Source: Escherichia phage Shy. From it: DNA of 42,805 nt. The notes beneath the pieces were generated by a model. It saw only the letters and a list, made by a program, of their open reading frames with translations, had not been told where the DNA came from and searched no databases. Location: sequence record OR996328; one strand, 5' to 3'. Both the position numbers and the translations under genes were made by a program. Every line of letters begins with the position of its first letter. The stretch's first letter is position 1. This document shows, one piece after another, positions 1-8,920 of the stretch.

Positions 1-471
1 ATGGAAGACACGAAATCGAAGGCCGCTTATGCGGCTTTTCTTTTACAGGAACGCGACCCGTTCAAGGCCGCTTGCCTGCTATGCCCGGACAACACGGGCC
101 AAGCCCTATGGTATGCAACCAATTGGGCGAACGACGAAGACGTTATCGCAGAAATGAACCGGCTTCGGTCGGACGCGAAGAACGTTCAAGCCATCGCGTC
201 GAAATTCGACCTTGCCCGCTTCTATTGGGATTTGGCGAATAACGAAAAAATCGACCCTAAAGACCGAATCGCCGCCGCTGAAAAGTACGGCGCGGTTGCC
301 GGTATCTACGACCCCAAAGCGAATACGACAACGAATATCAACGTTGACGCGGCCCCGCGTGTCATGGTCGTTAAAGACCACGGCACTAACGACGAATGGG
401 CGCAGAAGGTCGCAAAGCAACAGCGCGAATTGGTGAACGGTCGATATGTCGCTAATACTACCAAACACTAA
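1..471 (+). CDS. putative terminase small subunit (possibly 5'-partial at window edge)
   Basis: ORF directly upstream of and overlapping the terminase large subunit gene by 26 nt; call by position only, no motif recognised. Confidence 0.35.
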   Translation: MEDTKSKAAYAAFLLQERDPFKAACLLCPDNTGQALWYATNWANDEDVIAEMNRLRSDAKNVQAIASKFDLARFYWDLANNEKIDPKDRIAAAEKYGAVAGIYDPKANTTTNINVDAAPRVMVVKDHGTNDEWAQKVAKQQRELVNGRYVANTTKH

Positions 472-2065
472 CCCGGATTCGCCCGAACGCATCATTTGGA
501 CGCCGGAAAACGCCAACGTAATTTGGCAACCGATACCGGATACGTCGCAAGAACTGGCGTTAGATACGCGGGCGCATCATACCCTATACACTGGCGCACG
601 CGGCCCCGGAAAGACCGATACCCAGCTAATGCGATTTCGTCGTCGCGTTGGTTTGGGGTATGGCGTGTTCTGGCGTGGCGTCATATTCGACCGCGAATAT
701 AAGAACCTTGACGACTTAATCAACAAGTCGAAACGTTGGTTTTACGCATTCAAAGACGGCGCAAAGTTTCTTGAATCGGCTTCGTCGCTTAAATGGGTTT
801 GGCCGACCGGCGAAGAACTGTTGTTTCGCGTCGCAAAGAATCCCGACGATTATTGGAACTATCACGGCCAAGAATTCCCGTTTATCGGTTGGAACGAATT
901 AACGAAATATCCGACCGGCGAACTTTACGATATGATGATGTCAACGAACCGAAGTTCGTTTACACCTGAAAAAGATTCGCCGTGTATTGACGGCGACCAT
1001 TACGAAGCGACCGGCGAAATTATCTTCGTTGAACAAGGCCCGGTTTACGAAATCCCGCCGATTCCGTTGGAAGTGTTCAGCACTTGCAACCCATACGGCG
1101 CGGGTCATAATTGGGTTAAACGTCGGTTTATCGACCCGGCACCTTACGGAACTATGGTCGAAAACAGCGTCGAAGTATTCGACCCGAAGACCAAGAAAGA
1201 AATTACCGTTACGAAAACGCAAGTCGCTATCTTCGGTTCGTATGTCGAAAACATTTATCTTTCTCCCGAATACGTTGCCGAACTGAATAGCGAAAAAGAC
1301 GAAAACCGCCGTAAAGCGTGGTTGCTTGGCGATTGGGATATCGTCGCAGGCGGCGCACTCGACGACGTTTGGAATAAACAAACCGTTATCGTTCCCCGGT
1401 TCGTTGTTCCGAAAAGTTGGCGAATCGACCGGTCTTTCGACTGGGGTTCGTCGCATCCGTTTTCGGTTGGCTGGTGGGCCGAAGCTAACGGCGAAGAAGC
1501 GACTATCGTATTTCCCGACGGAACGACGAAGAAGTTTTGCCCGCCCGCTGGTTCGCTTGTTCGTATATTCGAATGGTACGGTACAAAGGAAATCGGAACG
1601 AACAAGGGTCTTAAAATGTCGTCGCGTAAGGTGGCGGAAGGTATCCGCGATATTGAAATCGCATTAATGGCTAATGGCTGGATTCAGTCGCAACCGTGGC
1701 CGGGGCCAGCGGATAACCAGATTCGAAACGTTACGGACGATGAAACGGAAACCATCGAAAAGAAAATGTCGTCGGTTGGTATCCGCTGGACTGAATCGGA
1801 TAAATCGCCGGGTAGTCGTAAAATCGGTCTTGAACTTGTACGCGAACGGTTAGAAGCAACTTCGACCGGCGAACACAAAGGGTTGTATATTATGGACTGT
1901 TGCCGGGCCGCTATTTCGATATTGCCCACATTGCCCCGCGACTCTAAAATACTCGACGACGTGGATACGGATTCCGAAGACCACGTTTACGACGAAGTAC
2001 GTTACCGCGTCCTTGCTGGCAACAACCGGGCCGCAACCGCAATTAAACTTGTTCGACCATCATAA
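446..2065 (+). CDS. terminase large subunit
   Basis: 539 aa; Walker A-like GARGPGKT near N-terminus; size and position upstream of portal gene. Confidence 0.85.
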   Translation: MSLILPNTNPDSPERIIWTPENANVIWQPIPDTSQELALDTRAHHTLYTGARGPGKTDTQLMRFRRRVGLGYGVFWRGVIFDREYKNLDDLINKSKRWFYAFKDGAKFLESASSLKWVWPTGEELLFRVAKNPDDYWNYHGQEFPFIGWNELTKYPTGELYDMMMSTNRSSFTPEKDSPCIDGDHYEATGEIIFVEQGPVYEIPPIPLEVFSTCNPYGAGHNWVKRRFIDPAPYGTMVENSVEVFDPKTKKEITVTKTQVAIFGSYVENIYLSPEYVAELNSEKDENRRKAWLLGDWDIVAGGALDDVWNKQTVIVPRFVVPKSWRIDRSFDWGSSHPFSVGWWAEANGEEATIVFPDGTTKKFCPPAGSLVRIFEWYGTKEIGTNKGLKMSSRKVAEGIRDIEIALMANGWIQSQPWPGPADNQIRNVTDDETETIEKKMSSVGIRWTESDKSPGSRKIGLELVRERLEATSTGEHKGLYIMDCCRAAISILPTLPRDSKILDDVDTDSEDHVYDEVRYRVLAGNNRAATAIKLVRPS

Positions 2066-2077
2066 AAGGGGCTTCAA

Positions 2078-3625
2078 ATGCCAAACGTATCGTTTATTCG
2101 CCCGGAACTTGCCGCAGTAATGCCGCTGTACAAAAAGATTCGGGATTGTTTGTCCGGTTCGGACAAAGTAAAGGCGGCCGGTGTCGTCTATTTGCCGATG
2201 CCGAACGAAGCCGATAAGTCGCCGGAAAACATCGCCCGTTACAAGGGCTATAAAGGCCGCGCCGTGTTCTACAACGTCGCACGCCGAACGCTGGCCGGTC
2301 TGTCGGGCCAAGTGTTCGCCCGCGACCCCGTGTCGGAAATTCCCGACGCACTGGATATAGTCGAAACCGACGCAACCGGAACCGGCGTATCGGCCGCACA
2401 ACAAGCTAAACGCCTGTTGAATTACGCACTTGGTTATGCGCGTGGCGGTATTTACGTCGATTATCCGAATACCGGCGAAGAAGGCGCAACCAAGAAAGAA
2501 CTAGACGCCGGGCACCTTCGCCCGACGATTACCGTTTGCGACCCGAATACCGTTGTCAACTGGCGTACAATTCAGGTTGGCGCTAAAACCCTGCTGTCGC
2601 TGGTCGTAATCGCCGAATCTTGGCCGTTCTACGACGACGGCTTCGAAATCAAACACGGTTGCCAATTCCGCGTTATGTCGCTGGAATACGAAGCCGACGA
2701 AAACGGTAACGTTGTCGGCGAAACGAAATACAAAGTCGAAATCTACCGGGAAAAGTCGCCGACGGTTTGGAACGGCGATAACATCCCGAAGAACAAATCG
2801 TTCGAACTGAAAGAAGGCCCGTTTTATCCAACCGGCCCGGACGGTTCGAACATCCAAGAAATCCCGTTTATGTTCGTCGGTTCGGAAAACAACGATACGT
2901 CGGTCGATAACCCGCCGTTCATTGACCTTTGCGAACTGAACTTAGCGCATTACCGCAATTCGGCCGATTACGAAGAAGCGTGTTACGTCATGGGCCAGCC
3001 GACTTACTGGTTCAGCGGTCTTACCGAAGAATGGATGAAAAACGTTCTTGGCGGCCAAATCAAGTTGGGTTCGTGGGGCGGCGTCGCACTTCCGCCGAAT
3101 GCGCAAGGCGGCTTGCTGCAAATGCAGCCGAATACCATGCCGTTCGAAGCAATGGGCCACAAAGAAAACCAAATGGTCGCATTGGGCGCAAAGCTGGTCG
3201 AACAAAAGTCGGTACAACGTACCGCAACCGAAGCGCAACAAGACGAAGCCGCCGAATCGTCGTTCTTGGCCGCAACTGCGAAGAACGTATCGGCCGCGTT
3301 CGAATGGGCCTTCGGCTGGTGCGCGTTCTATATGGGTTTGGACGAATCCAAAATCGTATATCAACTTAACACCGACTTCGACTTGATGAAACTTTCGGCC
3401 GCAGACCGCGCCGAAACTATCAAGGAATGGCAAGGCGGCGCACTTACCTTCGCCGAAATGCGGGCCGTACTTCGTAAAGGTGGCGTCGCCACCGAAGACG
3501 ATGCCGAAGCGAAAAAGAAAATCGACCAAGAACAAGCCGACCAAATCGCGGCCGCTGCAAAGGCTATGGGTGAAGACCCGGCCGCCAGCAATCCGCAGCC
3601 GTCTAATGTGGGCAACGGGGGTTAA
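2078..3625 (+). CDS. portal protein
   Basis: 515 aa ORF directly after terminase; AAAGGGG RBS; acidic/low-complexity C-terminus typical of portals. Confidence 0.7.
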   Translation: MPNVSFIRPELAAVMPLYKKIRDCLSGSDKVKAAGVVYLPMPNEADKSPENIARYKGYKGRAVFYNVARRTLAGLSGQVFARDPVSEIPDALDIVETDATGTGVSAAQQAKRLLNYALGYARGGIYVDYPNTGEEGATKKELDAGHLRPTITVCDPNTVVNWRTIQVGAKTLLSLVVIAESWPFYDDGFEIKHGCQFRVMSLEYEADENGNVVGETKYKVEIYREKSPTVWNGDNIPKNKSFELKEGPFYPTGPDGSNIQEIPFMFVGSENNDTSVDNPPFIDLCELNLAHYRNSADYEEACYVMGQPTYWFSGLTEEWMKNVLGGQIKLGSWGGVALPPNAQGGLLQMQPNTMPFEAMGHKENQMVALGAKLVEQKSVQRTATEAQQDEAAESSFLAATAKNVSAAFEWAFGWCAFYMGLDESKIVYQLNTDFDLMKLSAADRAETIKEWQGGALTFAEMRAVLRKGGVATEDDAEAKKKIDQEQADQIAAAAKAMGEDPAASNPQPSNVGNGG

Positions 3626-3627
3626 TC

Positions 3628-4728
3628 ATGGCACGCGTATTATTGAATCGGAACCCGCCAAACGCGAAACGTTTGTTCGACGTAATCACGCGCCAACAAA
3701 TCTACGTCGAAGGCGTAAAGCTGTCGGAAGCGAACACGTTTCGCAAAGTGGTTCAAGAACTGTCGGACGAATTCCGCCAACTGTTAAGCCGCTTGCAATA
3801 CAGTACGCTTGACGGAATGACCAAGGCGGAACTTAACCGGTTTATCGTGACGCTTCGTAAATCGCAATCGAAGATTTACAACAAGTACACGCAAGACCTG
3901 TTAGACCAACTTTACGCATTCATGCGAACCGATAAGCGCGTATCGCTTCGCGTTTACGGCGCGTTGGTTTCGGATAGCGACGACGTAACGGAAGACGAAG
4001 CCGACGACCTGTTGCAACAGTCGAAAGACGAATCGTTGTTCGTGCCGCTATTCGGTTGGGCGTCGCTTGCGCGGTCGGAAGACGGCGATTCGCGGTTGTG
4101 GTCTACCATCGCGAACAACCCGATTCCGGCTAACGGCCTGTTGCTTGGCGCGTTTATCGCCGGGTTCAGCAAGTCGGCGCAAGCCGCAGTCGAAAACCTG
4201 ATTCGTCAAGGTTGGGCGAATCAATGGACGGTTAACCAGACCATCGCCGCGATTACGGGCAACCGTGGCGCACTCGACCGCATTTACAGCCAGAACACCG
4301 CAGTAACAGCAACCGTTATTCAGCATATCGCCCAAAGCGTCGGGGCCGCCGTGTCGTCGGCCTTTGCGGGGCGGTATCGTTGGGATTCGATAATCGACAA
4401 TGCGACGACCGAAATTTGCCGGGGGCGTAACCAACGTGTTTACGTCTTCGGAAGGGGGCCACTTCCCCCGGCGCATATTCGGTGCCGTTCGCGCATTACG
4501 CCGATTTTCGGAAACGGCCCGACGGATGGTGACGGAAGCGACGAAACGTTTTATACTTGGTCGCGTCGCCAACCTGAAAGTTTCTTGCGCGACGCATTTA
4601 CGAAAGAAGCGGCCGACGCGCTAACCAGCGGTAAGGCACGCGCAAAAGACTTCACCGAATACCGGGCCGAAAAACCCGTATCGGTTGAACAGTACGCCGA
4701 CAAAGTGTCGGATATTTTGAAACGCTAA
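3628..4728 (+). CDS. head morphogenesis protein (Mu F / SPP1 gp7-like)
   Basis: 366 aa immediately after portal; C-terminal CRGRNQRVYVFGRGPLPPAHIRCRSR region resembles Mu-F-like minor head proteins. Confidence 0.55.
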   Translation: MARVLLNRNPPNAKRLFDVITRQQIYVEGVKLSEANTFRKVVQELSDEFRQLLSRLQYSTLDGMTKAELNRFIVTLRKSQSKIYNKYTQDLLDQLYAFMRTDKRVSLRVYGALVSDSDDVTEDEADDLLQQSKDESLFVPLFGWASLARSEDGDSRLWSTIANNPIPANGLLLGAFIAGFSKSAQAAVENLIRQGWANQWTVNQTIAAITGNRGALDRIYSQNTAVTATVIQHIAQSVGAAVSSAFAGRYRWDSIIDNATTEICRGRNQRVYVFGRGPLPPAHIRCRSRITPIFGNGPTDGDGSDETFYTWSRRQPESFLRDAFTKEAADALTSGKARAKDFTEYRAEKPVSVEQYADKVSDILKR

Positions 4729-4744
4729 CGAAAGGTAAACCGAA

Positions 4745-5446
4745 ATGGCGCTGAAACTCAAAATCACTAAAGAAGTTTTCGACAAGCTGTCGGATGCCGT
4801 CAAAGCCGAATACTTCGAAAAAGATGGCGAATACCATCTTGACGTTGACGGACTGGAAGATACCGGCGCACTTCGCCGCGCAAAAGACCACGAAGTCAAA
4901 CAGCGTAAAGAAGTCGAAGGCAAGTTGCGCGACGCCGAAGAACAAATCGCAACGCTTACCAGCGAAGTTCAAGGCAACGCCGCCAAGTTCGATAAAGAAC
5001 TGAAAAAGCAACTTGGCGAGAAAGACGGCCAGTTGACGAAGGCGAACGCGTTTATCCAATCGACTTTGGTTGATTCGGTCGCAACCAAAATCGCAACCGA
5101 AATCAGTACCGCCCCGGCGTTGCTGATTCCCCACATTAAGGCCCGTCTTACCGCTGACCTTAGCGGCGACGCCCCGGCTACCAAAGTCCTTGGGGCCGAT
5201 GGTAAACCGTCCGAAACGACCATCGAACAACTTACCGCCGAATTTGTTGCCAACAAGGATTTTTCTGCTATTATCCGGGGTAACAAAGCGTCCGGGGGCG
5301 GTGCCCCTAAGACTGGCGCTTCTGTCAACGGCGGTGCCGGTAAGTTCAACAACGATTCCGACAAACCCGCCGACCTGTCGAAACTGAGTCCCCGCGACCT
5401 TGCGGCCCGGATTCAGGCGCAGAAGGCGGAAGCAAACAACCAGTAA
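4745..5446 (+). CDS. capsid scaffolding protein
   Basis: 233 aa, charged, coiled-coil-like (KQRKEVEGKLRDAEEQIATLTSEV), directly upstream of major capsid gene. Confidence 0.55.
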   Translation: MALKLKITKEVFDKLSDAVKAEYFEKDGEYHLDVDGLEDTGALRRAKDHEVKQRKEVEGKLRDAEEQIATLTSEVQGNAAKFDKELKKQLGEKDGQLTKANAFIQSTLVDSVATKIATEISTAPALLIPHIKARLTADLSGDAPATKVLGADGKPSETTIEQLTAEFVANKDFSAIIRGNKASGGGAPKTGASVNGGAGKFNNDSDKPADLSKLSPRDLAARIQAQKAEANNQ

Positions 5447-5461
5447 TAAGGACGCTATATC

Positions 5462-6430
5462 ATGGCACTTTCCGACCTCGCGGTATATTCCGAATACGCC
5501 TATTCTTCGATGACCGAAGTTCTGGCGCAGCAAATCGAACTGTTCAACGGCGCTTCCGACGGCGTTATCGTTCTGGTTCCGGCCGCGCATCAAGGCGACT
5601 ACTCCGACGAAGCCTTCTTCGCGAAGATTTCCGGTCTGGTTCGCCGCCGTAACGCTTACGGTTCCGGCGCAATCGCACAAAAGACCCTGAAACATCTGGT
5701 CGATACGTCCGTTAAGGTCGCGGCCGGTACTTCCGAAATCCGCCTTGACCCCGGCCAGTTCCGTTGGATTCAACAGAACCCCGAAGTCGCTGGCGCGGCA
5801 CTCGGTCAACAACTGGCGGGCGACCTGCTGGCCGATATGCTGAACACCGCTATCGGTTGCGGTGTTTCGGCCCTGTCGGCGCAATCCGCCGTCGTCAAAG
5901 ACGATTCGACTTCCGACCCGTCTTTCGTCGGCCTGACCGAAGCCGCTGGCCTGTTCGGCGACCGTCAAAACGCCATTCGTGCATGGATTATGCATTCGAC
6001 GCCGGTTACTAAACTGTACGTCAATGCGCTGACCAACGCCGAAAACCTGTTCAAGTACGACACGGTTAACGTTATCCGTGACCCGTTCGGCCGTCTGTTC
6101 GTCGTGACCGACTCGCCGTCGCTGCAATGGTCGGTAACTACCCCGTCCCCGGCTTCCGGCTTTATGTCGCTGGGTCTGGTACAGGGCGGTATCTACGTCG
6201 GTCAAAACAACGACTTCGACGCCGCCGAAACCGTGGCAACCGGTGACGAAAACATCAAACGGACTTACCAAGCCGAATGGTCGTACAACGTCGGTATTCA
6301 GGGCTTCGCATGGGACAAGCCGAACGGCGGCAAATCGCCGACCGATGCGGCGCTGTTCACGGCGTCGAATTGGGATAAGTATTCCACTTCGCACAAAGAC
6401 CTTGCGGGCGTTCTGTACAAGACCAAGTAA
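5462..6430 (+). CDS. major capsid protein
   Basis: 322 aa after scaffold gene; preferred-codon usage; followed by a strong intrinsic terminator. Confidence 0.75.
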   Translation: MALSDLAVYSEYAYSSMTEVLAQQIELFNGASDGVIVLVPAAHQGDYSDEAFFAKISGLVRRRNAYGSGAIAQKTLKHLVDTSVKVAAGTSEIRLDPGQFRWIQQNPEVAGAALGQQLAGDLLADMLNTAIGCGVSALSAQSAVVKDDSTSDPSFVGLTEAAGLFGDRQNAIRAWIMHSTPVTKLYVNALTNAENLFKYDTVNVIRDPFGRLFVVTDSPSLQWSVTTPSPASGFMSLGLVQGGIYVGQNNDFDAAETVATGDENIKRTYQAEWSYNVGIQGFAWDKPNGGKSPTDAALFTASNWDKYSTSHKDLAGVLYKTK

Positions 6431-6444
6431 GGGCCGCGACGGGG

Positions 6445-6466
6445 CGGGGGCTTCGGCCCCCGTTTT
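6445..6466 (+). terminator. rho-independent terminator after major capsid gene
   Basis: CGGGGGC-TTCG-GCCCCCG 7-bp GC stem with TTCG tetraloop followed by TTTT. Confidence 0.7.
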
Positions 6467-6493
6467 CGCAACTAACCGACGGGAATTACGGCA

Positions 6494-6991
6494 ATGAATC
6501 TCAAACAACCGAAAATCATTTTCTTTATCGACGGGCCTGTTCCGTCGGAAGCCGAAAAGCTGGACGCTTTCGATTTGGGCGTCCCGGTTCAGTTCCGCAA
6601 CGCGCAACACGTTAGCCGCATCGAAGAAGAATGCGACGGCGTTACCGGTCACGTACCCGAAGCGTACAAAGACCATCCGACGGCCGAAGACGCTTTGAAG
6701 GCGTACAAAGCCGAAGTGAAGAAAGCGCGTGCGAAACTGCTGGAAGTCGGCGGCAAAGCCCCGAAACCGGGCGAATCGACCGAAACCGGTAACAAGACCG
6801 GCGACGGCGACAAAAAGGACGGCCAGCAAGGGGCCGCAGCGGGCCAAGGTGACGCGAACGACGGCAAGGGCGGGCCTACCCCTACCCCGACCGAAGAAGA
6901 CCCCGCCAAGGCCGCCGCAGCCGCCGCAGCGGGCGCACCTGCAACCCCGGCTAAAGGCACCCCGGCCGCTAATGGCTGGAAACAGAACTAA
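6494..6991 (+). CDS. hypothetical head-associated protein with low-complexity Ala/Gly/Pro-rich C-terminus; paralog of next gene
   Basis: 165 aa; N-terminal region (IIFFIDGPVPSEAEK...CDGVTGHVPEAY) aligns with the N-terminus of the 7053-7514 product. Confidence 0.5.
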   Translation: MNLKQPKIIFFIDGPVPSEAEKLDAFDLGVPVQFRNAQHVSRIEEECDGVTGHVPEAYKDHPTAEDALKAYKAEVKKARAKLLEVGGKAPKPGESTETGNKTGDGDKKDGQQGAAAGQGDANDGKGGPTPTPTEEDPAKAAAAAAAGAPATPAKGTPAANGWKQN

Positions 6992-6996
6992 GGCCG

Positions 6997-7032
6997 TGCC
7001 CGATGCCGACGGCTTATTGTGGGCATCGGGCA
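6997..7032 (+). other. stable hairpin between paralogous genes (11-bp perfect stem, 14-nt loop)
   Basis: TGCCCGATGCC ... GGCATCGGGCA inverted repeat; no U-tract; 3' arm contains a TGTGGGCA motif copy. Confidence 0.45.
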
Positions 7033-7052
7033 ATTGACAAGGAATCTATTCG

Positions 7053-7514
7053 ATGAAAGTTCTTTTCTTTACGTCCGGTGCGGTGCCGACTACCGACGAA
7101 CGAAACGCGATTGCGGCTATCGTCGCCGGTAACGTTGACATTCTGGTTCGCAACGGCGCGGCAAACGCTGAATACGGGGCCGACCGTCTGGAACCGTGCG
7201 ACTACGTTTTCGACAATGCGAACATTCCCGACGCATACGCCGATGTTCCGACGACCGACAACCCGCATATTCCGGCGAACGGCGCTATCGTCACCGACGG
7301 CCAAGCGTTGAACGTTTCGAACAGCGCGGGCGACGCCTTTGTCGCTTCGGCGATTCACGTTGCCGACGGCGTGGCCCAATGGGCGAACCTTCCGGCGACC
7401 CATGCCCTAGCCGTATCCGGTGAACTTACCGGCATCGCGGCAACTGGTACGGGCACCAAAGTAACGCTAACCGTTACCGACGGCAAGATTTCCGCCGTCG
7501 CGCTGTCGGCGTAA
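7053..7514 (+). CDS. putative capsid decoration/accessory protein with C-terminal Ig-like (Big_2-like) domain
   Basis: 153 aa; N-terminus paralogous to 6494-6991; C-terminal GIAATGTGTKVTLTVTDGKISAV resembles bacterial Ig-like domains. Confidence 0.45.
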   Translation: MKVLFFTSGAVPTTDERNAIAAIVAGNVDILVRNGAANAEYGADRLEPCDYVFDNANIPDAYADVPTTDNPHIPANGAIVTDGQALNVSNSAGDAFVASAIHVADGVAQWANLPATHALAVSGELTGIAATGTGTKVTLTVTDGKISAVALSA

Positions 7515-7525
7515 GGGGTTCGACT

Positions 7526-8056
7526 ATGGCAATCGAAATTGTCGTCGAAGACGGAACCGGTAAGGCAAACGCCAACAGTTACGTTTCGGTTGCCGACGCC
7601 CGCCAGTATGCCGCGAATCGTGGTGTAACGTTGGGCGACGACGAAGCAATCGCGGCGCAACTGATTAACGCAACCGACTACCTGTTGACGTTCGAATGTG
7701 AATACGTCGGCTATCGCACCAACGACGGGCAAGCCCTTTCGTGGCCGCGTACCGATGCGTATTACGGCGGCGGGTGTTCCGGCAAGTTGATTGCAGCGGC
7801 CGACGAAGTACCGGCACAAATCAAAGCGGCGCAGTGTCAAGCCGTAATCGCGCAGTTCAACGGCATAGAACTTATGCCGAACTATACGGCAAGCGACTTC
7901 GTAACCGAAGAAACTGTCGGCCCGATTACGACCAAGTACGCCGACCCGCTGGCGGTTGGAATGCGCCCGACGCTTTCGGCCGTTGATTCGATGTTAGCCC
8001 CGCTGTTCGGCAAATGCGCCACTAACGGCGGCATGTTGAAAACGGTTCGGGTGTAA
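7526..8056 (+). CDS. head-tail connector protein (gp6-like)
   Basis: 176 aa; N-terminal YVSVADARQYAANRGVTLGDDEAIAAQLINATDYL resembles the gp6-like connector signature; position after capsid genes. Confidence 0.5.
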   Translation: MAIEIVVEDGTGKANANSYVSVADARQYAANRGVTLGDDEAIAAQLINATDYLLTFECEYVGYRTNDGQALSWPRTDAYYGGGCSGKLIAAADEVPAQIKAAQCQAVIAQFNGIELMPNYTASDFVTEETVGPITTKYADPLAVGMRPTLSAVDSMLAPLFGKCATNGGMLKTVRV

Positions 8057-8058
8057 TT

Positions 8059-8448
8059 ATGGGCGTATACGACCGACAAATCGCCACGGCGAAACGGCTT
8101 ATTGCCAAATACGGCGAATCCGTAACTTGGCATTCGGCCCCGCCGTCGCAACCAGCCGACGACGATACGCCTTGGAACGGGACGGACGTTCCGCCAATTG
8201 ACCGGCCGGGGATTAAGGTTGCTTTCTTCCCGACGAATTCCAGCATCGGCCAGCTTATCCGCTTTATGCGGAATAGCGATGTTCCGACGGGTAACGAACT
8301 CGGTTACATGGCACAAGTCCCGTTCGAAGTTTCGTCGTTGGATACGTTGACGCGGGGCGACGGTTCGGTTTACCGAATCAAAAACATCGACCCAATCCGG
8401 CCGAATGGTGAAGGCGTTATCTTGTATACGTTGGAGTTTCAAGAATGA
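8059..8448 (+). CDS. putative head closure / head-tail joining protein
   Basis: 129 aa; call by size and position between connector and tail genes. Confidence 0.35.
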   Translation: MGVYDRQIATAKRLIAKYGESVTWHSAPPSQPADDDTPWNGTDVPPIDRPGIKVAFFPTNSSIGQLIRFMRNSDVPTGNELGYMAQVPFEVSSLDTLTRGDGSVYRIKNIDPIRPNGEGVILYTLEFQE

Positions 8449-8909
8449 CGACGAACTATTCGGATGCGAAAGATTCGATTTACGGCCGCGTGAAAGCGGC
8501 TATCGACGGGCCGGTCGCCGCGCTACTCGGTTACAAAGCCGAAACGCGTTGGCCGTATGTGGCGGAACCGAACAAGCCGAATACCGAAAAGATTTGGTTT
8601 CGCGTTTCGTCGCAGATTGTCGAAGAACAGCAAATCACGCTGTCAACTTGCGAAGGTGCGCCGGGCCAAAAGAAATACGAAACCGTCGGCGTACTTATCG
8701 TTGAAATGTACATGCCGAAGGCCGTTCGCGATTCGGGCGTGAAAGGGGGCAAAGCCGCCGCAATGATTCGGGATGCGTTCCGAAACGCGCCAAGCGGTGA
8801 AGCCGGTATCTTCTATTACCGTGCGCGTATTAATGACGGTATCGCGCCCGAAGAACTGTTTTATCGGTTGAACGTCGTAACCGAATTCGAATACGACGAA
8901 ATTAAATAA
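8445..8909 (+). CDS. putative neck / tail completion protein
   Basis: 154 aa; call by position only; start overlaps upstream stop. Confidence 0.3.
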   Translation: MTTNYSDAKDSIYGRVKAAIDGPVAALLGYKAETRWPYVAEPNKPNTEKIWFRVSSQIVEEQQITLSTCEGAPGQKKYETVGVLIVEMYMPKAVRDSGVKGGKAAAMIRDAFRNAPSGEAGIFYYRARINDGIAPEELFYRLNVVTEFEYDEIK

Positions 8910-8920
8910 GGACTCTCAAA

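Noticed and set aside
3602-3614. TCTAA part of the recurring motif as a sigmaE-type -10 element
   Set aside because: No GGAACTT-like -35 at the right spacing upstream of any copy; copies occur in both orientations inside genes
3595-3614. Neisseria-type DNA uptake sequence (GCCGTCTGAA) suggested by GCCGTCTAATG
   Set aside because: Exact DUS/USS 10-mers were not found; the resemblance is partial and limited to one motif copy
4652-7033. 793-aa minus-strand ORF antisense to scaffold and major capsid genes
   Set aside because: Antisense to well-supported structural genes with Arg/Gly/Val-rich composition typical of spurious ORFs in GC-rich coding DNA; the same applies to 13362-14651 and 8861-9790 on the minus strand
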